DNA from: an uncultured Solirubrobacterales bacterium
Lineage (GTDB): Bacteria; Actinomycetota; Thermoleophilia; Solirubrobacterales; 70-9
Assembly: GCA_963695835.1 (NCBI GenBank)
Contig: CAVOHR010000001.1
Span: 855,259-919,258, forward strand
Direction: 5' to 3'
Length of the DNA stretch: 64,000 bases
Shown: positions 26,671 through 34,806 of the stretch, piece after piece
Layout: every line of letters begins with the position of its first letter
How positions within the stretch are numbered: the first letter of the stretch is position 1
Position numbers and translations under genes: made by a program
Notes under the pieces: model-generated
What the model was told of the DNA's origin: nothing
What the model saw: the letters and a program-made list of their open reading frames with translations, nothing else
The model's database searches: none

Positions 26671-27064
26671 CTTGGGACTCTACACGGGTATCAGCACGAC
26701 AGCCGGTGCTGACGTTCCGGGCCCGGTGCGCGCCGACGTCCTCTGCGGCGGTGCGAACTCCCTCGTGTATCGGTTCAGGCCTCGGGCCTGCGACTTCCAC
26801 GACCGCAGGGATCCCATCAGCGGGCAGGCGGGATACACGCTGACCAGACGTCTGCGGTGGTTGCACTGGGGGCCTCGTTCCGCGACGGCGAGTGGGGAAA
26901 TCGAGTACCCGATGGCGGGCTGGTATCGAGTCCGGATCCGCCTCTCCGATCCACGCGCCGGTTGCGGGCGCACGGTGTTCACGAAGGCAAAGCTTCGCGT
27001 GCCCGGCCGAGCGCCGGGTGGGCTCAAGATCCCTCTGGACCGATGCCCCCTGACCGCAGGATGA
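26588..27064 (+). CDS. Small secreted hypothetical protein
   Basis: Signal peptide MPKARNPFRSSASLRRHLVRLCVVAAGTLGLYTGISTTAGA. The stop overlaps the next ATG (ATGA at 27061-27064). Confidence 0.55.
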   Translation: MPKARNPFRSSASLRRHLVRLCVVAAGTLGLYTGISTTAGADVPGPVRADVLCGGANSLVYRFRPRACDFHDRRDPISGQAGYTLTRRLRWLHWGPRSATASGEIEYPMAGWYRVRIRLSDPRAGCGRTVFTKAKLRVPGRAPGGLKIPLDRCPLTAG

Positions 27065-27516
27065 TCTCGATGCCTCGCAGCCACCGTCATCACGTCGTCG
27101 TCCTCGTAGGGCTCGCCTGCCTTTGTCTCGCCGCTCCGGCCGCCGCAAGCCCGTCGGCCGGAGGCCACGCCGCGGGCCTGTGGTATTCCAAAGGGCGCGC
27201 CTACGGCCGAAACTTCGCGGGCTGTATTCCTCCGGCCGTCGGCTGGGAAGGTCGCCAGATCACCGCCTCCGCGCCGCCGAGATGGACCTGTGGGCGACTG
27301 CGGAGGCTGTGGCATCACGCCGACGGGACCGATGGCGTGTTCTTCACCTTCCGTCTGTTCGGCCACCGATGGCAATGCCCGATAGTCGCTCGTCCCGACC
27401 ACAGGCGCCACACCACGCTCGGTTGCTTTCATGTCCACTGGAAGTCCGACTTCGAAGGCAAACGACCACCCGGGAAGCCGGTGGTCCGCTTCTTCCTTCC
27501 GTTCCCCGCCGGCTGA
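27061..27516 (+). CDS. Small secreted hypothetical protein
   Basis: Signal peptide MISMPRSHRHHVVVLVGLACLCLAAPAAASP. Translationally coupled to the upstream gene. Confidence 0.5.
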   Translation: MISMPRSHRHHVVVLVGLACLCLAAPAAASPSAGGHAAGLWYSKGRAYGRNFAGCIPPAVGWEGRQITASAPPRWTCGRLRRLWHHADGTDGVFFTFRLFGHRWQCPIVARPDHRRHTTLGCFHVHWKSDFEGKRPPGKPVVRFFLPFPAG

Positions 27517-28058
27517 GCGTGCACTTGCCAGACTGACCGCGGCCACCGATCCCGATCGTTTCGCATGGCGATTTTGGGTCCGGTCGAGGCCGCGCGATGG
27601 CCGGGGCCCCGACCGCGAGCGTCGGCGGTACCGAGAGCGCGATCGTTAGGCTGCTCGAGTTCTACCGCTTTGCGCGGAGGCTGTCGCACAAAGCCTTCCG
27701 CGGAAAGCTGCGCCGCGGTGGCTGCAATGCACCTTGGAGCTGGTGAGAGAGCGGACGCCGGGCTGAGCGTGGCGAGCCGAGCGATCGAGTTGCAGCTTTT
27801 CGGAACCCACCTTTAGAAAGGCTCCAGCGAGGCCGTCGGGGGTTTGTGCGACAGCCTCCGTCCATTGCAGGAGCGCGGGCGCGGTGGTTGATGCGCTCGC
27901 AACCACGCGAAGGCAACAGCCCGCCGATCACTCGACCGCCACCAACGACGACTACGACGGCTTATCGTTCGAGGCGTTGTTCGACCCCCTAACGCCCTAT
28001 TCGGGCCGGTCCCCGTGGGGGTTGAGGCGACGGGCTAGGATGTCGAATACAGGAATCG

Positions 28059-28544
28059 GTGGTCTTCAAGGTCTACAGCGACGGGAGCGGCATGACTGGC
28101 GGCCCTGCCGGCATCGGTTTCGTCGCTTACGTGGACGGCGAGTTCCTGCTCAAAGGGAACCGCGCCGTGGCGAGGGCGACCAACCACCAGGCCGAGCTCC
28201 GCGCGGCCGTGTTCGCGCTTGAGTCGATCCCCGAGGGGCAGGACGTCGAGCTCCTCAGCGACAGCAAGTACGTCGTCGACGGCTACAACACGTACCTCCC
28301 GAAGTGGCGCGAGCGCGGGTGGCCCGACAGCGGCGTCGGCTCCGTCGTCAACCGCGCCCTCTGGAAGCAGCTCATCGTCGCCGCCAAGCGTCACCGCGAC
28401 GTCCGCTTCAGGTGGACGAAGGGGCACGATGGCACCGAGGGCAACGAGCACGCCCACCGGCTGGCCACTCAGGCGCGGCGGGTGGCCGAGGGCCTCGAGT
28501 GGCTCGATGTCGTCCCGGCGGAGGAGCCTCCAACGCTCCCCTGA
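28059..28544 (+). CDS. rnhA: Ribonuclease HI
   Basis: Aligns by eye to E. coli RNase HI: YSDGS (D10), NHQAEL (E48), LSDSKYV (D70), TKGHDGTEGNEHAHRLA (H124 region). His occupies the D134 position. Confidence 0.8.
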   Translation: MVFKVYSDGSGMTGGPAGIGFVAYVDGEFLLKGNRAVARATNHQAELRAAVFALESIPEGQDVELLSDSKYVVDGYNTYLPKWRERGWPDSGVGSVVNRALWKQLIVAAKRHRDVRFRWTKGHDGTEGNEHAHRLATQARRVAEGLEWLDVVPAEEPPTLP

Positions 28545-28684
28545 CCTCGCGGACACAGGCGCGAAAGTTGCCCAGATCGCGGGTGTGATGCGGAGAGGTG
28601 ATTCGGGCCACGGGTCGCACCGGTACGGCCAGCTACCCGCTACCGCTCCGCGCGCAAAGCGGGAGCAGACCCCAGGCAGCACCT

Positions 28685-28794
28685 AGCTCCTCCTGTCGAC
28701 GAGCATCCGCGTCACGCCCGCCTCGCGGGCCACCTCGACGAGCTCATCGTCGGGTCGCTCGCAGAGAAAGAGATGCGTGTGGGAGTCGATCAAT
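28685..28794 (-). pseudogene. TatD-family hydrolase, N-terminal 36-codon fragment
   Basis: LIDSHTHLFLCERPDDELVEVAREAGVTRMLV, then a stop. The first codons form one arm of a 30-bp perfect palindrome. Confidence 0.6.
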
Positions 28795-28981
28795 CGACTC
28801 CCACACTATCCCCGACGCAGGCTCGCGACACTCGCGGATAGCCTTTGCCGCGCATGGGAGATTTCGCCGAATACTACCGGCAGATCTACGCCCGCGGCCT
28901 GGGCGGCGAGGCGCCGGCGATCCCGATGGCGCTCTGCGGATTGGCCCGACTCGAGGAGATCGGCCCGGGCCTGTTCGCCAC

Positions 28982-31288
28982 CTAACGACGGGAGACGTGC
29001 CGGCGTCGGCCCCGGTGACGCCGATGCTTGGCCGAGACCCAAGCGGCGGACCCCGCCACGTGCACCCAGCCGATCTGGACCTTGCGAATGCGGTTGATCT
29101 GCACTACCTGCTTGCAGCTGTCGAGGCGACGCCCGCTGAAACCGAGCAGCAGCTCCGCCGACTCACCTGGGATCACCCGCCGCACGACCTGCCGCGGCAA
29201 CCGAAAGCGCAGGAGCGACGTGCGCCCGACTCGCGTCGCCCGGCGCCCCGGCCGCCCGAGCTTCAGTTTGCGCGAGTAGCGCTTGTGGGCCTTCCAGTAG
29301 ATGAGCGTGGCTCGCTTCAGCTTCACCTTCGCCTTCTGCTTCAGCGCCATCTTCTCTTCGATTCCCAAGACCCGGCGCCGGTCCTTGCCCCGGCGCTTGC
29401 GGGCCACCGATTTGATCGTGCGCAAGGCAAGCGGGCGACAGGCGTGCTTGCTCTCGCGCTTGGCGGCTCGTCCGTATCCGTCGGGCTGGAAGTAGAACGA
29501 CCATTCCTTGCTCAGCGGGGCAGCCGGGATCGTTGCGCCGCCGTATGTCCAGTCGGGACCCGGAGTCCATTCCGCCCGCACGTCGTAGGTCTGGCCCTGG
29601 ACGAGCGGTTCGCCGAGGATGAACATCCCGGCTTCGCCTCCGTTGACGTCATAGTCGGAAAGCAGACAACCGGGCAAGACCGCGGCGCTTCCTCGCTTGC
29701 GCACTTCGATCTTCTGGACGGAAGCTTCTTCCGTCGGCTCGGACCCAAGCGGCGTGTAGAGCGTGACCGCGATGCCGATCGGATATTCGATCGGTTGGCC
29801 ACTCTGCTTGCATGCCGCGACCGGATCGGGAATCTCGCCGCCGAAGCCGTCTTCACCCCGCCAGCGGCCCACGGGATAGCCGAAGGGCTCGATCAGCCGG
29901 TTCTGGGCTTCCTTGATGTCCGCGACCGCCCAGCCGCCGCTGACTTCCGCGGCACCAACCACCCCGGATGCGGGCGAGCCGAGCAGCGGCCGATGGTAGA
30001 CGGTTGCCAGCCAGCCACCCACCGGGTCCGCGACGCCGGGTGAATACATCACCTCGCCATCGCAGCTGGTTCCTACCGCTTCGCAGCGGTCCCAGGGCTC
30101 AGTTCCGGTGAAACCCGCTTTGCCTTCTCGCTCGTTGTGCGCGGAGAGCCCTTCGAGTTCGTCGGGATGCAGGGCCGTGTAGGCGGAATGGTTGCGCGCA
30201 GCTTGGCTGATGAGGGCATCGCCGGTGAGTGGCGGCAGACCCGCGTCAGCGCGAAATTCGTCCGCCCGGCCGATCAGCTCTTTCGTGTCGGCTTGGAGGT
30301 TGCCGATTTCGGTCGGCGCCGGCGGCAAGTCGGTGCTGTGCAGGTAGATCGCGTGCTGGTCCCACGCAACCAGGTCGGCACCGCCGTCAACCACCCAGTT
30401 CGTCGGCACGCCCGAGGGCCATTCAAGGCCCGAGCGGCGAAAGAGAAAGGGCGAGTAGCGCGTCCAGATCCCGTAGCCGAACGACATGAAGCGAGGGGCG
30501 CCCTGGCCTGGGGCCGTTTCCACCACCGGGGTGAAAGCGGGCGACCAGTGCGCGCCGCCGTCCCATGAGTCGCGGCCCGATTCGTTCGAGATCAGGAGAT
30601 CGCCTTCGGCCAGCGTCACCGGGTACACCTCCGCCGGCAGCAACTGCCCGCCTTCGCCGAGCTTGTACGTGCCGCGCAACGGCACCCCGCTTGCCGAGCC
30701 TTCGTTGCCGTAGCGGATCAAACGCATGCCGAGGACCGTCCGCTTGACCCCCCAGCCGACCGTTCCAGGGATTTCCGGCATTGTGACCGTGGTGGTGCTT
30801 CCGCCCGCAGCGACGATCTTCAGCGCGAACTTCCCTTCGGCTTCCAGCGAAACCCAGGTCGTGCCATCGTCAGACACCGCGACTCCGTTGGAATACGGAA
30901 CGGTCCCTTCGAAAGTCGGACTCAGGGGTTCCGATTCTCCCTCTGGCCCGACCCGGAATACCCGGTTGAGCGGCTCTTCGCCATATTCAGTGTGGGTGGC
31001 GAGCACTCTGAACGAGCCGTCCGTCGCGGCGCCCGCCACGCGAGCCCGCTCGTAGCCCGCGAGCTGGACCAAGTGCCAGCTGCCACCGCCATCGTCGGTG
31101 ACGCTGAGGCCGCCCATAGCCTGATCGAGCCAGGTTTTTGCATCGGCAACCGTGAGCGAATACACCTGGTCGCCTGGCGCGGGCACGACTCGCCAATCGG
31201 CCCGCGCAACGGCTGCCGTCCCGAGCAGAGCGACGGCGGTCGCGAGGAAGGCGGCCCGCGCCGCCGCGATCCGGTTCCCGCCCCTCAT
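28982..31288 (-). CDS. Secreted protein with BNR/Asp-box repeats plus CAP/SCP (PR-1-like) domain
   Basis: Signal peptide MRGGNRIAAARAAFLATAVALLGTAAVARA. Asp-boxes are TDDGGGSW, SDDGTTW and SWDGGAHW. CAP-like region is AARNHSAYTALH...GWLATVYHRPLL. Start placed at ATG 31288. Confidence 0.65.
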   Translation of the reverse strand: MRGGNRIAAARAAFLATAVALLGTAAVARADWRVVPAPGDQVYSLTVADAKTWLDQAMGGLSVTDDGGGSWHLVQLAGYERARVAGAATDGSFRVLATHTEYGEEPLNRVFRVGPEGESEPLSPTFEGTVPYSNGVAVSDDGTTWVSLEAEGKFALKIVAAGGSTTTVTMPEIPGTVGWGVKRTVLGMRLIRYGNEGSASGVPLRGTYKLGEGGQLLPAEVYPVTLAEGDLLISNESGRDSWDGGAHWSPAFTPVVETAPGQGAPRFMSFGYGIWTRYSPFLFRRSGLEWPSGVPTNWVVDGGADLVAWDQHAIYLHSTDLPPAPTEIGNLQADTKELIGRADEFRADAGLPPLTGDALISQAARNHSAYTALHPDELEGLSAHNEREGKAGFTGTEPWDRCEAVGTSCDGEVMYSPGVADPVGGWLATVYHRPLLGSPASGVVGAAEVSGGWAVADIKEAQNRLIEPFGYPVGRWRGEDGFGGEIPDPVAACKQSGQPIEYPIGIAVTLYTPLGSEPTEEASVQKIEVRKRGSAAVLPGCLLSDYDVNGGEAGMFILGEPLVQGQTYDVRAEWTPGPDWTYGGATIPAAPLSKEWSFYFQPDGYGRAAKRESKHACRPLALRTIKSVARKRRGKDRRRVLGIEEKMALKQKAKVKLKRATLIYWKAHKRYSRKLKLGRPGRRATRVGRTSLLRFRLPRQVVRRVIPGESAELLLGFSGRRLDSCKQVVQINRIRKVQIGWVHVAGSAAWVSAKHRRHRGRRRHVSRR

Positions 31289-31301
31289 CGGCTCGCCAGC
31301 C

Positions 31302-31601
31302 CTATGCCGGAGCCTCGATCTTGGGGAAGAGCGGCGGGACGCGTTTGACCGCCTGGCCGCCGGGGCGAGAGCCCAGTTCGGCGAGCCCGCGCGACTCCTC
31401 GCCCAGCGCCGCCAGCAGGCGATCACTGGTTTGCGGCAGGTAGGGGACGAGGGGCAGCGTCGTCACCCGCAGGCCCTCGGCGAGGTTGTAGAGGACCTCG
31501 TCGAGGCGCTCTGGGTCGGCCTCGTCCCTGGCCAGCTCCCAGGGACGCGTCTCCTCGACGTAGCGGTTGAGCCGCCGCACCAGCCGCCAGGTTTCCTCCA
31601 C
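31302..31601 (-). pseudogene. metG: Methionyl-tRNA synthetase, C-terminal ~95-aa fragment
   Basis: WRLVRRLNRYVEETRPWELARD...LYNLAEGLRVTTLPLVPYLPQTSDRLLAALG matches the MetRS anticodon-binding helix bundle. No catalytic domain lies upstream. Confidence 0.7.
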
Positions 31602-32483
31602 CCCTTGCCCATCTTGACCCTGAGGAGTTCCAGAGGCTTAGGACGCGCGCGGAGGACAGCGTCACATCCGGCCTTCGTCGGACCGGGGTCGCCGACGGCA
31701 CCGGGAGGTGAAGTCACCACCACAAGCAAGTCCAAACACCGCTATCGGAACTAAAAAGAGAGGCGTCAACCAGTGGCGCATACCGCTGCCTTCCCTGATG
31801 AATCGACGATCGCTGCGCTGGGACCTTAACAGCAGCGGGTCGACCACCACGCCGCGCATCGGATCGACATATGAACGCTCTTGTTGAGGCATCGACCGGA
31901 GCTACGGACCTGCTAAGGCTCTCGGTGGTCTTGTCTCCTTTCGTGTCGTTCGGAGCGCCTCAGCAACGCCACCCATGCTCTCGCTCCGGACGAGAGGGAG
32001 AAGTCTGGACCAATCTGCAGCTCGCCATCACTCGCGTGGGTGAGGAGCTGCGGTCGAGACCTCGTAGAAGCCGACCGGGACCAACGGCCCCCGGTGTCAG
32101 GCAGCTCCGCCCCGCAGCGCCGCCCGACCCTCGGCGGCGGACCGGTTCACCTTGGTCTGGCGTCAAATGTTTGGGCCGATCCTGATTTCGAGCGGGCAGT
32201 AGCTGGGATCCGCGTGGAGCACCTTCCGTGGGGAAGGATCCTGGCTCCGAGGGTGATCTACACAACGCAACCCAGGGAGCCTGACTCCAGAATCCCGACT
32301 CCAGTTTGTTGGGGGTAGATTACGGTCTCCGTCAAGCCCGGCCTGGTTCAAATCGGGGTTGAACGGACATTCGAATGGAAGCCGGGCGGTGATCTGTCCG
32401 TAACGTGCGAATGAGCATGCACGGCTGCACGCCACGGTCAGTGAGGCAACCGGCGCGACCCGCGAGGTTCCAGGATCGTCTCG

Positions 32484-34799
32484 TCAACCCACCCGAGGGG
32501 CGCCGCAGCGTTCTTGTTGATGCTTCCTCCGCTTCCGCGCTCGCATGAGGGCTCGCTTCCGTGCGCGACCGTGCTTGTGCCTCGCGGCGCGTGCAGCGCG
32601 CCCGTAGGCCTTCTGCGCCGCCTGCATACACCCGCCGTACGACTGCGCACCGCCGGCGCTTTCGGCCTGGCTCGAGCTCGTTCCCGAGGGAGGCGTCGTG
32701 CGCGTGAAGGGGCTGCCGGTGGCCGTCGGCGTGGATTCGAAGGAGGCGTAGACCGTCCTGTCGGCAACCAGCGGCATTCGACAGACCCCGTTGCCGGAGC
32801 AGTAGCACCCGCTGAACGTGGAGCCGGGAGCCGGGGAGGCCGTGAAGACGAGTTCGGTGCCTTCGTCGCCGACCCCCGAGCAGCTCGATTCACATTCGAG
32901 CCCCAGCGGCGAGACACTGACCTGGCCGTGACCGGAGCCAGTGATCACGACCGACAGGCGATGCGTCGGCGTAACGAAGTTGAAGGTGTCGGCGGGGGAG
33001 GTGGTGCTGCTGACCCCTTCCGATGCGATGATGACCACGTCGACCTGCCCGGGCGGGTGCTCCTCGGTCACCACGATGATTTCGTCTTCGGTGACGCTCT
33101 CCAGGTACCCATAGCTTGAGCCGAACTTGACTTCCTCGACTTCGGCGAGATTCGAGCCGTGGATGGTCACGAGCGTGCCGCCGCCGGTCGGCCCTTCGTC
33201 GGGTTCGATCGAGGTGACGACAGGCTGGGGAGTTATGTATTCGTACCGATCGGCAGCCGAGGTCGCGCTGCGCACGCCGTTCGATGCCGTCACGGTGACG
33301 TCGACCACCCCGGGCTCAAAGACGGAGGGCGCTTCGACCGTGATCGAGTCTTCTTCGTCCTCGATGATGTCAGCGCTGGTATCGCCGAAGCGGACCGCGA
33401 GTGCCCCGGAGAGGTTCGAACCGGAGATCGTCACCAATCCTCCCCCGGCCCTCGGGCCCAGGGACGGAGAGACGCCGGTCACCACCGGTCGCGCCACCAC
33501 CGAGTCGACTTCGAAGGCGCTGGTGCCTGCCGGAGACCCGATCCCCGTCGGCCCGTCGTAGCCCTGACCGGCGACGCAGATCGCCGCCCCCGAGCACCTC
33601 ACACCCCCGCTCCCCCCAGTCGATCCGGAGAGGACGTCGTAGATTCCGCCGTCCGTGCGGTGCGAGTAGAGGGTCCGCGCGGGGTATTCGACGCCGTGGG
33701 CCCCACCAGCGAGGGCGAAGATCGAGGCGATGATCGGCGAGGAGAGGCTCGTGCCCCCGAAGGTCACCCAGCCGTGGTAGGTGGTCGAGTCATAGATGGC
33801 GATGCCTGAGTAGGGATCACCGTCGGCGGATACATCTGCCTCCGAGCGCCCCGTGCCGCAGCCGACCTGCGACCAGTTCGGCAACGAGGTCTGCCAGGAC
33901 GGCGCCGCCACCGACGCGCAACCACTCCCGCCTTCGCTCCAGGCCGTCTCCGAGATCCGTTCGCCTCCCGAGAGGGCGAGGTGGGTGCCTCCGACCGCGA
34001 CCACTGAGGAATAGCCGGCGGGATAGTTCGCTCCTTCGCCGTAGGAGGGCTCCAGCCAGTTGTCGTAGCCCCAGTCACCGGTGCTCGCGGTGATCGCCAC
34101 GCCCGGATGGTTGTAGGCGCCGCTCTCACTGCCGCCGGTGCCGCCGTAGGAGTTCGATACCTCGTCTGCGCCTTCGGAGACGGCCCTGTCCTCGGCCACC
34201 GCCAGGTCGTAGTCGGAATTCGAAGCGGCCTCGACCAGGAGGACCTGACAGTTCTGACAGAGCGCGCGGGCGGTCTGGACGTCGAGGGAGATCTCTCCGG
34301 CCCATCCGGAGTCCACGCTCGGCAACGGCGAGGACTGTCCGTACTCGTTGATCTTGCGGAAGCAGTGGTTGGTGCTCGTGCATTCCGGCAGGCCGAACGC
34401 TTCGTCATAGACCTTGAGGTCAGATTCGGCCGTAGGGTCGTCGTAGGCGTCGACGATGGCGATCGTCTGCGGTTCCGGCGCATGCGTCGGCAAGGTGTAG
34501 GCCTGGTGCAGGTCGACCGGACGAAGGCCGTAGGCACCCGCCGCCGGGCCCGGACCTGCTTCCGATCGCGCCACGGTCATCCCCACCGGGCGCGAGCGGG
34601 CTCTCGCAGCGGCGGTCTGCGGCACAAGTCTTTCCGCCAGACAGCTCGCGTGACCCAAAAGCGGAACTCCGCAGACAGGTTCGACGGAATAGTCGGATGC
34701 GGGCAGCGGACGGACCGCTTCGGCCGCCATTGCCGCCTTGGGCACGGTCCATCCCGCGACGAGGAGCAGCGCAGCTCCGATCGCCGTAGCCGTCTTCAT
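32484..34799 (-). CDS. Secreted sedolisin (S53) peptidase with three IPT/TIG domains
   Basis: Signal peptide and pro-kumamolisin-like prodomain. Motifs IAIVDAYDDP, EISLDV, SNSYGG and GGTSLSSP. Repeated units of the form PVVTGVSP..GP..GG.LVTI.GSNL. Confidence 0.8.
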   Translation of the reverse strand: MKTATAIGAALLLVAGWTVPKAAMAAEAVRPLPASDYSVEPVCGVPLLGHASCLAERLVPQTAAARARSRPVGMTVARSEAGPGPAAGAYGLRPVDLHQAYTLPTHAPEPQTIAIVDAYDDPTAESDLKVYDEAFGLPECTSTNHCFRKINEYGQSSPLPSVDSGWAGEISLDVQTARALCQNCQVLLVEAASNSDYDLAVAEDRAVSEGADEVSNSYGGTGGSESGAYNHPGVAITASTGDWGYDNWLEPSYGEGANYPAGYSSVVAVGGTHLALSGGERISETAWSEGGSGCASVAAPSWQTSLPNWSQVGCGTGRSEADVSADGDPYSGIAIYDSTTYHGWVTFGGTSLSSPIIASIFALAGGAHGVEYPARTLYSHRTDGGIYDVLSGSTGGSGGVRCSGAAICVAGQGYDGPTGIGSPAGTSAFEVDSVVARPVVTGVSPSLGPRAGGGLVTISGSNLSGALAVRFGDTSADIIEDEEDSITVEAPSVFEPGVVDVTVTASNGVRSATSAADRYEYITPQPVVTSIEPDEGPTGGGTLVTIHGSNLAEVEEVKFGSSYGYLESVTEDEIIVVTEEHPPGQVDVVIIASEGVSSTTSPADTFNFVTPTHRLSVVITGSGHGQVSVSPLGLECESSCSGVGDEGTELVFTASPAPGSTFSGCYCSGNGVCRMPLVADRTVYASFESTPTATGSPFTRTTPPSGTSSSQAESAGGAQSYGGCMQAAQKAYGRAARAARHKHGRARKRALMRARKRRKHQQERCGAPRVG

Positions 34800-34806
34800 C
34801 CGACGC

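Noticed and set aside
32330-32440. Group II intron domain V-like hairpin (ccgtaacgtgc-gaatga-gcatgcacgg) in the ORF-poor stretch 31.9-32.5 kb
   Set aside because: The loop is not GNRA and the bulge position is wrong. There is no GUGYG 5' end, no domain VI and no reverse transcriptase ORF nearby.
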